Assembly: GCA_024679065.1 (NCBI GenBank)
Contig: JAGIQG010000032.1
Span: 13,144,001-13,208,000 of the forward strand
Source of the DNA: Sphyrna mokarran
Lineage: Eukaryota
DNA length: 64,000 bases
Direction: 5' to 3'
A program made the position numbers and the translations under genes. This document shows, one piece after another, positions 37,626-51,644 of this stretch. The notes under the pieces are model-generated. The model was not told the origin of the DNA, did no database searches, and saw nothing but the letters and a program-made list of their open reading frames with translations. Position 1 is the first letter of the stretch. Each line of letters begins with the position of its first letter.

Positions 37626-40600
37626 CATTTGTGAACAGCATTGTGAACAGTTTAGGCATCCTGTTAAGCAGTGAGAAAGATACAGAATTTATTCACTGGA
37701 ATGTTACCAGGATTGATGCTGTAAGAGATGTCAAATACCTCTAAAAGGGGATTAGATAGTTACTTGAGAAAGATCAATCTCAAATCTCATAAAGTCTTGT
37801 GCCTCTGCCCCAAATATTGCTGTAAAATTGGCTAAGTTACAAAGACACTAAAGCCTGATGGGAAATGTGGCTAAGTTACAAAAGACACTATAAGGAAGCA
37901 AGGAATCTGCTGTAGGATACAAGACAGCAGGAGGTTTGGATTTAAAAAGGTGATTATTATCATTTTGAGGTGCCAGTGCTGTGAGATAAACAGGTAGTTG
38001 TAAATAATCATAATCTTCCCAGTCACCACTCTCAGACATAATTCGGTAAGGGTGGGAACCAGCTTAGTATTTTAAAATAAGTATTAAAATATGCAAAGTC
38101 CATTTGAGATCAGATTCTCTTTGCTCCTGGGATTTTCTAACTCTCAGGTGCTGCAAGAACTCGGCGAGAATCACTACTGGTCCCATAACTGAGACCAAAT
38201 ATAATGGCTGTGCTGGGGTGGGGAGAAACAGATGATCCTGAGACCACTGGAGTTGCTGGGTGGAATGGAGGCATAGCTAGTGGGGTCCATCTGGCACCCT
38301 GAATGGGATGGGGAGTGGGGCATGAAAGGGGTCATGAAAGTGGAGAGGATATAAAGGCAGAGTCATGAAGGGGAATCCATTCAGAAAGCCCTGATGTTAG
38401 CGATCTTTGTCGGGGATGTGGGTGAGGAAACATCCCTTCAATTGGGTGGGGGCAAGGAGGGGATGTCTTCAATTTCACTTTGAGAATGTAGTGCCTTTAA
38501 AAATGGTGCCCCATCTCTGTGAAGCTGGGCTTGCTGATGCATTTAGATCATGCCCTTCTCAGAATTGGGGTAAAACTCACCATTCTTCTAAAAAAAAATG
38601 ACTGCGTGGGAAAACTGCAATCTGATTTGTGGCGGATATGCTGGTGTGAAACATGCCAGTTTTTTTGCCCATATAACATTTTTCATTTTTTGGGAAAATT
38701 GCACTCATGGTCATTTCTCCTTCCTGGTGAATGAAACTCAGCTGAAACATGGACAATTGATTGCAGAAAATTAGAAAACATGTCAATGACAGAATTCTCT
38801 ATTACTCTTCTGTTTTTATCGTGTGACCCCCGTCCACTAAAGTACCAGAGCAAGAAATTTGACTACCATATTAATGTGTCACAAGATAATTTTGGAGCTT
38901 TTATTTCTGTATTAGTATGAGAGTTATTGTGCTTATTACCATAATTTAGTTTTGAATTTCAGTTTTACATTTAAGATCTAATTGTGGAATATTTTCTGAA
39001 TAATTTCATTATCAAGCTGTATAACAACCTGTGCACTTTTCAGCAAACTAATAGATTTTAAAGCTTTGCAAGTTATTTTGCACTTAGTAACACCTCTGGT
39101 TGAATGTTGATGCATAGTTCATGACATACATAGAGTTTGTGGCATATAAACAGGGATACTAGCTGACAGGATTGGATACTCTTCTCATTAGGCTATTCCC
39201 TTTGGGATTAAAAATTGTATTGGATACAAGATTGAAAGATGTAAAGAGTATTGAAAGATTACTTGGCTCAGACTTTGGTCTGAGATTCAGGAAGATGTGC
39301 AAGTAGAGACCAAAACTTGTTCACCCCTTCCCTTTGCAATGCAATAGTGATTTATATGCAAATACAAAGTGAATAAACAATATACCTGGTATGTTTTCCT
39401 TTTTTTAAATCAATTCATAGAATCATGTGAACATGAACAAGCTACACGTTCCTATTGTTGGTATTATTTCCAATCAACTTATAAGTTCAACTGTCACATC
39501 ATGTTTTACAAAAGTTACTTTGGGTTTAATGTTGAATAGATTTTCCAGCTATGATGTGAATATGATGCTGTTGACATCAATTGAAGCATGTTTTACCAGT
39601 GATCTTTATAACTCTTTATAGAAGCTGATGCTTTTATTTTGATGTAGTTGTCAATCAAATGTTTATGACTTTGCAGTAATCGGGATGAAATTGGTTAGTG
39701 TTTATTAGGTCAATAATAATTGTTACCTTGATAAGGGTTTAAGGGACTCTTGTTTTCAACCAAAGTCCAATTATGGGTAATATTACAAAGTTTTTTCTGC
39801 TTAGATATTATACTTTGGGATTTTACTTTGCTCTAGGAAATTATTCATTCTTAATTTAAAACATAAGATACGGGTTGGAACAAGGAAGTTTTATTGTTAT
39901 GATTTTTTTTTAGTAATAACGTTGATTTCTTTGGGAGATGTTACATGCTGATTGCAGGAGTATTTTATTTCAACAGTGCTCTATATTTCTTTGTCTGATT
40001 ACACATGATAAATAACACATTAGTGACATTTAATGCATATATTGAAGTTAAATGGGGTATCTCTTTAAAGTGTTCTTGACACTTTTTAACCTATGGGCTT
40101 AATGGCATTTTTCATTTTATTCTGTAATTTGACTGTCAAAAAGTGCAGGGCTGAGTTTTCTGCTGCTGCCTGATTCTAATAGAAATGGAAAAGAGGATTT
40201 TTGTCATTTAGATCATTTTAATGTCTAAATGAAGTTGCTGCACAAATGAACATTTACAGATTAAAATGCTACTTTTGGAATTTGGAAAAAAAAATCTCAT
40301 TTGATTTGAAAATTACTTTGGAGCCATGCTCCATTTCTGCCATTAGTCTAACTGCTAACAGCTAATGAGGAGGTAAAAGGAATAAATTAATATGTAATAT
40401 TTGTTCTTGAATTAATTGGGAAATGTGTGAAGTCTTTGAGATTGCAATGAGATTTTAGAAATAGCTGTATCTTCAGCATACATCTCAACTAATGCATTTT
40501 TGTTATGAGAGGTAACAAAAGTTTAATGCTGACACTATAAGCATCACCAGCAATTTTTGAATTAGTATGAATTATATAATTTTGAGTGCTCAGCATTATA

Positions 40601-42220
40601 TTTCTAGTCCTTGTACAATGACATAATGGATCCTAATATTTTAGAGCTGAATTATACTTGGTGCACAGAATTCCATTTTTCAGTAATCATTGTTCATTGC
40701 ATTAATAATAACGTAGTTAATCATTTTTGACAAAAATTAAAGTTATTGCTGGTTGTGGAAGTTTTAAATGAACTAAATGCATTTCAGTAAAGCCTGCAAG
40801 GGCCTACTACCACAGTGCCCTCGGATGGAAGAGGATGTATGTGTAGGGAACATAGCCATATACTTATATATACACAATTGTAAAGTATGACATAGATAAT
40901 CTTACAAATTGTTCAGAAGTATATATTAACAAATATAAATAAACTTTGAAATCTTTCTACTTTTTTTGACTTGCATGAAAAAGTATTTGGTAAATATATA
41001 ACAAAAATGCATTAATGGTGTAAATAAGTATGCATCTCTTTTGATTTCTCCTCTTAAAGCTGGAAATTGTTTTTGCCATATTTTTCTTGCCTTCTAATGA
41101 TGTCATAGTGCCTGCTCAGCTACAAGCCCACAGTTTCTGGCAGTTATCCAGTACATCTTCCAAGTAATCATTCTTGTGTGGGTCGAGGGCAGGCTATACC
41201 TGTCAATAAACTATTCAACATGAGAGACATTATGCCAGAATCACATTCTGTCCCTCTCCCTGTTGTCTGTATTCAGCTACCTTCTTTCTGTGTTCAGCTA
41301 CATTGTTGTTGTTTTTACAAGAGTGAAAGAAATCTTGACTTTTTCCAATTGCCTTTCTTTTGTGTACAAATTTTACATCCACAATTTTTATGTGTTCTTA
41401 AAAATGATTTTGAAACATTACTTTAGAATGTGCAAATGGGAGAAAATAGGTTGCATGTTGGCTGAATGTCATGAGGACGAAGTATAATACTTCTAAAAAG
41501 TCTTCATTTGTTTTTACAAATAGTTTGAACATTTGAATTCAAGATTGAAACTTAATACAGACAAGTAACATAGTTGTTATGTTACTGGACCAGTAATTCA
41601 GAAACATGATTTCAAATCTCAGATCTGTGCTATAGACCTCCATGATTGTGCCCACCATAACAGTAGAGAAAATTTAAATTCAGTTAATTAAATAAATCTG
41701 GATAATGAAACTTGTATCACGAGTGACCATTTAACTACCTTACGATTCATGGATTTCCTTTAGGGAAGGAAATCTGCTGTTCTTACTCAATCCTGGCGGA
41801 AATTGTGATTCCACATGCAAGTGATTGACTCTTAACCATCCTTGGTCTTGAAAGCCATTCAATTGCCAAGTCGATGGCCTGTCACTACCTTCTTAAATCA
41901 TTTGGAAAGGAATTGGATTATATTGCACTTTCAGGAATTTACACTTTGAACTGATATGGAATGCAATTTTACAAACTTTTGTGAATAAAGTATAATTTTG
42001 CTTAACAAATTATCATCCTCAAGGGCAATTAGGGATGGGCAATAAATATTTCTCTTGCTCACAACACTATATCTGTGAATAATTGAAACAAGTTCAATTG
42101 TTGCACTGGAAAGAAATTCAGAAAAAATTCCCTAGGCTGGATTAAAGGGATTGTTTTATGAGGAAAAGTTGAGCAGGTTGGACTGCTGATTCTAAGGGGG
42201 CTTATTAAAAATGTAAAATT

Positions 42221-43346
42221 TTACATGATTCCTATATTGCGATTGTGTTTTAATATAGGGTAAAGCGAGGAATGAAGGGAATCATGTGATCTATTGAGTT
42301 CTGTCGACAGTAAACTTGGGTAGTTTGAGTGTTAAACTCTATTGGGGAGTATCTCTTGTTTCACTGGGAAAAGATGCAAGGTGTTCACACTTGTATATAA
42401 TGGCAGAAGCATCTGGACTGACAGTGGATAAGCATTTAGCCTCCAAAGTCCCAAGAAGGTGATAAGAATGTCATGGTTATGCCTTCTGTTTAATTTCAAG
42501 ATAAAATGGGAGGTGATAGGATAGCTAATCAATATGTCCACCTGGATAAAAGGCCCATACGATTCACTTTGAAAGGAGGGTGAAGAGAAAACCATGGAAG
42601 AATCAGGTTCCAACATTCTACTAAAAGATATCCCTGAATTTCACAGATAATGATGTCTTTATTTAATAATAAAGATAACAGATGCCGGTGTTGGACTAGG
42701 GTAAACATAGTAAGAAGTCTGACAACACCGGTTTTAAATCGAAGGCCATAGAGTCAAAAGCTTGCGAGTTTACAATCAAATCGGTTGGATTTAAAACTGG
42801 TGTTGTCAGACTTCTTACTGTGTTTCACAGATAAGTCAGTCTGCTATGATCCAAGTGAGAGAAAGAAAGTACAGGCAGAAAATTTCTAAGGTTTGCCACA
42901 TAGGAACGCCTGTGTTTGGATTGAAAAAAATATTTGTGAGGATTAAACATGAGGCTGGAAAATTTATTTAGCTTGAGCTTAAGGCAGAAGCTCCAAGAAA
43001 GCTTTAGTATGAAAAACAGTTCTGGGGTTAAAAGTTACAAGGGTAGGAAAGGGAAAAAATGAAAGTAAATTATCAGGAACTAAGACTCACTTTGGACTGG
43101 CTCTGGAACAATTGGTTATGTACCTCAGGATGGTGTAAAACTGAGGAGTGTGGGCTATTTGGTTGTGTTAAAAGTAAAAGGGAAAAATTCTATCATGTAC
43201 TATGAAGTAGAAGTCACCTATAAAAGCAGTGTTTTGTTTGTGTTGCTTTTAGATTATTGCAGTAAAAGTCTTAAAACATGAAATCTTGTGGTGTCATCCT
43301 TTCAGCTATTCACTGGAAATGTTATTGATCTATGGGGATCATAACA
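42221..43346. mobile_element. Solo-LTR-like element inserted into a CR1 3' fragment (42135-42220 and 43347-43675)
   Basis: Ends gggatcataaCA, with a loosely complementary start (catgattcc). CR1 sequence resumes immediately after it (gacttgacaggatagatgctg). Confidence 0.5.
42681..42825. mobile_element. Penelope-like inverted terminus (38-bp inverted repeat)
   Basis: Arms 42703-42740 and 42788-42825; a 12-nt direct repeat tttcacagataa lies at 42639-42650 and 42823-42834. Confidence 0.65.
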
Positions 43347-46149
43347 GACTTGACAGGATAGATGCTGACAGGATATTTCCCATTGTGGGTGAATCAGAAC
43401 AGTTTCAAAATAAGGGATCTCTGATTTAAGAGATTTAAGATGAAGGTGAGGAGGATTTTTATATTTTTCAAAGGGTTGTCAATCTCAGAGGCTGGATGAT
43501 TAAAATATTCAAGGCTAAGTTAGACAGAGTTCTGATTTACAAGGGAGCCAAGAGTTATGGGAGAAGGCAGGGAAGTGGAGTTATGGCAGAATCAGATCTG
43601 CCATAATCTGATTAAATAGCAGAGCAGGCTTGAGGGACCAAAGAGTCTACTATTTCATATGTTCTTATGCTCTTAAAATTTTGATCTTTGACTCCATATC
43701 ATCAATTCTTATAATCCTTGTTATAGCATGAAAAATAAATTAATCTTGCTCAAATTACAATATACTGATCAAAATTTTGAATGATACCCACTACTAGTGA
43801 GTCATGCTTAGGAATACTAAAATTGCAAACTTATGAAAGTATTTGAATGAAACTGTGTATATTTTTAAGAGTGAGAAAATACCAAAATAAGTCAAGTTTT
43901 TAAATCCACATGAGCACTTACTGATTACTTATGCCACATTAAATGGCACATTTATCTATACATACGCACTTCATTGAGCTTGTCAAGAAACTAAGGTGTA
44001 TTCAGAACCCATGACAAAACAAAGTGCCAGGTTTTGTGATGGTGGGACCAGAAAGCTTGGAAAAAGGCCAAAAATTGGGAACCCACTGATGGGAAATAGT
44101 TCAGAATTTTGCCCACACCACTTTCATGGCATGTTGGATTTCCTGCTGATCCATGGCAGGAATTCAACTTTCATTCTTTAAAATATCATGAATGCTCATT
44201 AAAAACACCACTCGCCAGAACATTTAGTCCTTCTTATTCTAGTTCCACATCTGTGGGAAATTAGACTGGTCTAAAAGATGTTAGGATTTAAGTGGTGTGC
44301 AACTGTTGGCCCTCACTTAGCTAGTGACTTCAGGGTGAGTGCAACATGCAAGCCTACCTGCAACAGTTCCCCCCCGCGTTCTCAGCAATAACAGTTATAC
44401 CACATTGGTGGGGATATAGGGTTGCTGTCCTCACTGATTACCTCAGATCGCTGGGAATGTTTGTTTGCCTGGCTCCCTCAGAGCTGCTTGTGAGACAGAC
44501 ACCAGCATTGCTACTAGGATTTTGGGTGGGGATGGGTTGGGGGCAGGGGTGGTCGTGAGGGAAGATGCAGACATGAGGGACATGAGCTATGGGGGGGGTT
44601 TGGGGATGGATAGGGAGACAATGGCAGGCTGAAAGGATGCCAAGATTAAAGTCTTGAATGCAGGCACAGAAAGGATGGAATGGAAATAGAAGAGCACAAA
44701 TTTGGACTGGATGCATATAAACCCTGTAATACAAGGGAAGTAGGAAACAAGGAGGCCTTTTGTTAGTGTGGTACAAGAGTGTAATACTTGCGCAGAGACT
44801 CAAGGAGGTAGGGAAAGGGAAAAGCTTGTCCATGAGGGACTGGTTTTACAGAGACTCAAGGAGAGAGTACTGTTGAAGGGAACTACTGTCAACAATATAG
44901 AAGCAATGGGAAAGATCATGAAAGCCAGTCGTAGTCCCTGATCTAGTCATGCTGCAAAAGTAAAAGCAATCTAGTGGTTTTGCAGGCTATGCATGAAATT
45001 TCAGCAAGAACTGTGTGTTCAGTTGAGATAAGGCACATATTGGTGTGCAGGGTGTGATCATGGTTTTGCTGTTGTTGGCTGTGACTTTGCCTAGCTTGTT
45101 TCTAGGTTGAAGATGGGATGGTCAGGGTTAGGAGAGGCATCTGCAGCCTGTAAAGGGGAAAAAGTAATCCAAAGGGAATTATTGAAATTCCCTTCCAGAG
45201 ATTGGGGACTCCTATATTTATGACCATGCATCCAGCCTTAGGTTGAGGAGAGTTGAGATCCACAATAGACATTGAAACATCAACACTTATGGGTCGTGGG
45301 AGGGTTGGAATATTGACGGTAATTACTATGGGATTCAGAATTACTGGGCTAGGCTGGAGATTAACATGATGGAGCTCTACCTGCACTCCAATCCTTCTAG
45401 AATCCCAAGTTCTAGAGTGCAGGTAGAGCTCCATGTGACACTCAGGTGGAGAATCAAAGTTGGCCTCGTATTAAAATATTAACACCACTTTCTCATCAAC
45501 TTCAAGTAATGTGTAGGAAGAAATCAAAAGTGGAAAATAATCTGGATAGGAGGGATCAGAGTTAATGTGGAAGGAGCCAAAGAGCACATTTCATGAGGCA
45601 GCCTCAACTTATTTGCACTCAAATTAGAAATGCTAGATTCCTTCGGAATCATTGTTTTTTTTCATCTTTAAAGAAAGACTGCATGAGTCACTGGCTTCAC
45701 AATGCATTTCAGCTTCAAAAGAGAGGTATGTGAGAATGAAAATGAGGACAAGTGTGTAGGAAGCACAATTACTGCATATGTGCCAGATCATCAATGAAAG
45801 CCTGGAATGTGCTTTATCCAATTGGCCTGGATCACAGGCCAAAAGGCATCCATGCTTTGCTGAAGTACTAGCGATGCATACAGGATAGATTGCAGGAATT
45901 TGGTTGGTAAGGTCATATATTTCATTTTGTCTCCAAAGCACACTCAATTCTGTCAGAGTGAGATGTAAAGTTAGCATTGCGGGCACCTAGATATGAATGT
46001 GCATCTTAATTGCAAAGCTGTATCAGCAGAAAATTATTAATGCTAATGCAGTTTTGGGTCTTTCGTGTGCGAGTCTACTATATTTGCCCAGTGTTCATTA
46101 ATCTCTTGCATCTGTCAATCCCCAAGAGAAAGGAGAATTGAATAATGGA

Positions 46150-47120
46150 GCCTGTGGTAAATGCTACCTGATTGATGGCAATGATCCAAATGAGGATGAA
46201 GAAAAGGTCTAAGCGCTGCCTAGCCCAGCTCCGAGAGGAGACCCAACCTGAAGTCCAGGGGAGCCCAAACAACAACAAAGTGTAGGGGGGGGTGGTTAGA
46301 CCTATCTCAAGGAGGCAACTTTAAAGAATGTATCAAAGAGATCTCTCCTGTCTGGAATTGAGCAACTGAGAATGCCATGCCCATCTGCACTTGTCAAGAG
46401 AGCTGGTGGATCACATTTGCTACGTTCTGGCAGGAGGATTATGCATTCCATGAACTGAGAGGATATCCCCTGCCAGTGTCCCTGAAGGTCATCACCGCAC
46501 TCAATTTCCTTGCCTGCAGATCATTCCAAGGGTCCACAGGGAACCTCTGCAGCATCTCACAACCTTCAGCACATAAATGTATCAAGGATTTGACAAATAC
46601 CCTCTACTGTAAGCCTCATCATATGTGAATTCACACTCAATGAAGCTAGCCAGGTTGCTTAATTCCAGCCGTTTGCAGATATCTCAGACTCCTCTAGAGT
46701 ATACAGTGCAATCAATTGCATTAGAGCTCCCTAGCAACAACCCTGTTCTACAGAAAAGGATTTTGCTCCATCAAAGTTCTACTGAAGTGTGACCACCTGA
46801 AGCACATGTGTGGTTATGCTAGATCTCCTGGAAGATGCCCTGACTTGTATATCCCAGGTGTCTCATATAACCTGGCAGTGAATACAGGAATGATTGCTTA
46901 GGGGTATGTGGTACTTGTCCAAATGATGGCTCATGACACCAGTGTTTTGTCCTGAGTCACTCAGAGCAGAGATACAATGAGATGGATCATCAGCACAATC
47001 ATTGAGCAAACCATTGGCATCTGAAAAATGCACTTCTGATGCTTGGACCACCTGGGAAGGTGTCTATGCTATTCTCTAGAGCGGGTGTCCCACATCATTG
47101 TTGTGTGTTGTGCCCTTGAA
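46150..47120 (+). mobile_element. Dead PIF/Harbinger transposase remnant
   Basis: LPVSLKVITALNFLACRSFQGSTGNLCSISQPSAHKCIKDLT, then frameshifted motifs RVYSAINC (cf. GAIDCTH), RKGFCSIKVLLKCDH, ARSPG..D, WLMTP, IIEQTIGI.KMHF.CLD and YSLERVSHIIVVCCAL. Confidence 0.85.
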
Positions 47121-47129
47121 GATAAATAT

Positions 47130-47775
47130 TGATCACAGTACTAGGGAGTATTCCATTGCATTGTGGGATCTCTCATATGAACCTGAGAGAGCAGATGGCA
47201 CCTCAAAGAATGGCCTATTCAATAGTGCAACTCTCCCTCAGTAAGATGGAGTGTCGGCCTAGATTTTATGCTCAAATCAAAAGGATGGGCCTTGAACCCA
47301 CAACCTTCAGGCTTGGAGTGAGAATGCCATCAACTGAACCAAAGGGCAGCACAGTGGTTAGAACATAGGAACATAACAAAAGAACTAGGAGCAGGAATAG
47401 GCCATCTGGCCCCTGAGCCTGCTCTGTCATTCAGTAAGATCATGGTTGATCTTTTCATGGACTTAGCTCCACCTACCTGCCCTATTAGCACTGTTAGCTT
47501 ACATTGCTAGGGACCCAGGTTCAATTCCAGCCTTGAGTGACTGTATGGATCTTCTGCTTGGGTTTTCTCTGGGTACTCTGATTTCCTGCCATAATCCAAA
47601 AATGTACAGATTAGGTGAATTGGCCATGCTAAATTGCTCTTAGTGTCCCAAAATATATAGATTAGGAGATTAGTGGGAGAAATATCTGGGGTTAGGGTAA
47701 TCCTGGATAGGAGTCAGTGCAGAATTGATGAGCGATTGGCCTCCATTTGAACTGTAGGGATTCAATGATTCTACA
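47130..47775. mobile_element. SINE cluster: minus-strand tRNA SINE (47130-47343) and plus-strand HE1-like SINE (47344-47775) split by a CR1 tail (~47360-47483)
   Basis: cttgaacccacaaccttc (reverse B box). The head gggcagcacagtggttag is interrupted and resumes as ttagcactgttagcttacattgctagggacccaggttcaattcc. Confidence 0.7.
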
Positions 47776-50700
47776 AAAACTCACATCTAAAATACCCTAT
47801 AATAAAGGATACAGTAGAGAAGGCTGAAGTTAAGGCACTTTTTTGTGAACATTTTATTTGTCAAATCTTTTATTATTCAAAATTGTACCTTAACTCCAGA
47901 CAAAGGGCTGCATTGGTTGGGGGGGCACATCCCAGGTGGTGGTCTATCCCACCACCTGCCCACCCACTCCCAAACTCACCTCCAAAAAATGGTGATTGGC
48001 AGGTGCCTAAATCAGCAGCCCACTGACCATAATTAAATAAATGATCAAAGATCAATGAGGCTTCTTACCAAACTAATTTACCCAGATAATTTGCTACCCA
48101 TGCCATAAAATGGGTGGGCAGTCAGGTGGAAGTGGGCAATCCAATTTACTTTAAAGAAATTCTTCAAGGGGTTTTATTATCTTTGTGAATCGGGAAGCAT
48201 ACCCCTTTTCCAATTTACCAGCTGCCTTAAAACCTCCACCCCTCACCCCAACTCCTGTCCATCTCCTAACCTACCCAAACCCTCCCTGTTCCTTGCCTGT
48301 AAAGGACCAGTTGGAGACACTGTGGTTGTGAAAGCTGTTGTATAAATATTCCCCTTTATTTTTGAATTATTCCTGCTAATCTGGATGCAAGTGTGCTGTG
48401 AAGACTGGGTGAGGAAAAAATAGAAGAAGTACTGCAACCTCTAGGATTAACATTTGGAGAAAATCATCTAACAGTATAAAATGGTTTTTGGTCACTTCTT
48501 TCTAGTAGCAGTAACTCAATAAAAGTTCTTTTGTCATGCAAGTATGAACCCAAAAAAAGAGTTCCCTTTATCTTTAATATATCGATGGTTTTGAAGCAAG
48601 ATGTTCAGTACAGGTCTAAAATTGATTTTGTGAAATCAACTCCCCACATCAGCTCAGGACATCAACATGAAAAATGTAATGAAAGATGTAGTGATTTTTG
48701 TAATACTAAAAAAAAAGTCACACCTGTTCCAGCATGAGTCATGATCTCTTTGATTTTACATGGAAAATAGTGATATTGTTCATAAATATTATTAAGTGTA
48801 GTGTGTCCACTGTTTCCTGGTAGGAATTGATTTTGGGATTTTTTTTTCCTCCTTGGCCCTAAAATGAATCCTTAGCAGAAAGAAGTTGTAACTTCAAACA
48901 AAACTTGCCAGAGAGTTGAGAATTTAACTCCGGGTTTGATTTACTTTATAATCAATAGCAGTATGCATTTACTAAAGCTCTTTATCACTGACGATTTCTG
49001 TAATAGAATGTGTGTAATGTTGCTGTATACGTAATGCTGACAGAGTCCTCACTGCTATTTTCACATCATGTCGATGATGTAAATAAGAAATGTTGGGGAG
49101 GGGTTAAAACAATGTTCAACTCATTGGGAAAGAGCCATTGTTTTATTTCCAGTGTAGCTATCTGTAGGCAGTTTCTGCTGTCCTTCTGGATGTTCCTCTT
49201 TTATCTCAGACTGGTCAATTTCTACAGACTAAGTGCTCAAATTGAGCCATTTTGTTCACTTTAAAATAAACCCAGGCACATTATGCGTGATTTCTTATTC
49301 ACCAGCCTGTTCACAGGCCCCTTCCCCGGCTGTGTGATTGTAGAGTAAAACCTTGTGAGGGCCAGTGTTTTCACTACGTGCATGTCAACTTCAATCTGCT
49401 CCGATTTGGTGTGAAATCTGTGCCATGGTGCAGGGCACGAAGGTCAAACCCTGGTAATTGATGTTGCTTATTCATCTGTTTCCAGTGTCTTTTTCCACAC
49501 ATTGGGTTTTGTTTGGATAAATTGTTTGAAGATTTACTGTAGTTCTTAAAGCCTGAGAAACAGCACTGGTTAATCCTCAGTGTGGCTCCTGCTGCACAGT
49601 TTAAATGTCCCTGGTAGGCAAGAATCTCAGCCAAGTTGATACATAATGGCACTAGACAAAAGATCTTTTCCAGAAAAGATGTAGAGGACATCTTCTAGCG
49701 TAACAATTAGAGCAATTTTCAAACTAATTTACTATGAAATGAATTTGCAAATCCATTTAAATAATGTTATAACAATGTTAATTGGTTAAAAATATTCCAA
49801 AACACTACTTAATGATCAAGTTTAAGCTTATTATAAATCACAGCTTAAATTACAAATAATCGTATGTCATAAAAACGCATGTCCAAAATTGATGCTTCTG
49901 AAGTTGTTTTAAAAGCTTAATTCATTCTATTTTGGATCATTGCACACTTTAGTGCTGATGGTGGGAAATGACACCATGTGAAAATTAGGTTAATGTAAAT
50001 TTTTGGAAAGTATTAACCTGATAATCCTTTGTGTTCCAGAGAAATCTCCCAACCATATTCTACTTATTGTAATATAAATTTCATTTTTTTCCCTTAAAAG
50101 TCAGGGCTGTTATGTGATGCAGAATTATAATCAAACCTTTCAATAATGTATTTAATATTGCAAGTATTTGAAGCTCACTGCTGTGTAAAGCAATGTTTGG
50201 CCTTTTTAATCGAACTGGATTTGTATTTCTTCCTCTTGGACCACAGTCTTTTTAAAGTTTTGCAGAAAATATCAGCAAAATAGGTTACATTTTGTGCTTT
50301 ATAAGTAAATACAAATTCCAGCAGCTGCCTTTGTCTTTATTTTTAATAATCTTAGCCATATTCTGCTTTTGATATGTACAGTACTGCTGTTTCAGTCTGG
50401 TGGACCTTACACAATGGTTAAACTATAAGGGAAGGGTTGGGTCTCTCTCCCCTCCCCCCGCCACCTGCCACCCGCCACCCGCCCTCTCCGGCAGCATGGT
50501 TCTCAGTGGCAGGAGGCAGCCCACTGTTGCTCGATGGCAGGAGCTTCTACTCATGCCGCTGGCAATGGAATTTTCCATAGAATCCATCCTGTGCTACCAG
50601 AAAACTTGCGGTAGAGGGGTGCACTGTCAAAAGGACCAGACGATCTTGCTAGTGGAAAAATATGGAAAATCACCCCAGTGTTTATAATGGGTGGATGGGG

Positions 50701-51644
50701 GAGGGGAGGGTTACCCTTGGGATGGGCTTGTTGTACATACGCACTTCTGACCACTTTCCCCTGCCCCCAAACTCACCCTCATCCCAGTATGAACATTAAG
50801 GATTTTGCTGTTGATTCCTCAATGAGTACCTGGTAGAATGGTTAACAAAGAAGGAGCATTGTTAAGTGCTACAATACATCAATTTAACAGCAAAACTAAT
50901 TATAGATGGGTATGTCATTTTTTTTGTGTAGGTAAAGCCAGTGAGTCATTTGGGAGCACAGGCTCAAAGTAGATCTTTGATGTGGCAATCTTAAAAGTTT
51001 TGGATGATTACACAATAAAGAAAACTTTTAATTGAATGGATTGACTGTGGAATAACACTTAATGATGTTGACAGTAGTTTGGACTGCTTGACTCTAAAAG
51101 GATTAGACTTGCAGGGTCTTGTGAGATTTGCTTTTCAACTACTGATAACCAACATTTAGTCAATCCAAGGGAATGCAACTTCTTCTTGTGAGCTATTTAA
51201 AGTGCTATGTTTAAGTGCCTGTGTTTAAGCAATATTATCATATGATAAACAATGTTTAATTATTTTGTTAGTAAGGTTCTCAATGCCTCGTTAAAATTTA
51301 TTTCTAGAAAACTACTGGAGAAAAATTAAATTATTCATTTTTCAGAGTCATCCTTTTTGACTCCTTTCCAAAAATAATTCAATCCAAGTTGAAATGCTTT
51401 TATGTTTTGGCAGTTGAATTTAAAATGCTATTTACTATCGCAATACATGAAGGACATGAAATATTTTCTTCAACTTTAGAACAGACGGTATGTATCACCT
51501 CCGTTTTTGACTGGGCAATTTCAAAAATGCTTTCCCTTTGAAAGTTTTGGCACTGTTGAATTAAGCTTACAGCTTCAGCATCTTGACAGTCTTAGTATTT
51601 TTGTTGTGGCCAAATATAGTGGAATAAATTTAGTTACATGGAGG

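Noticed and set aside
37829-37890. CRISPR-like repeat-spacer-repeat
   Set aside because: Only two units in vertebrate DNA with no cas genes; better explained as a micro-duplication.
46377-46628. Domesticated HARBI1 host gene
   Set aside because: The transposase motifs are spread over frameshifts and stops and catalytic motifs are altered; a dead transposon copy.
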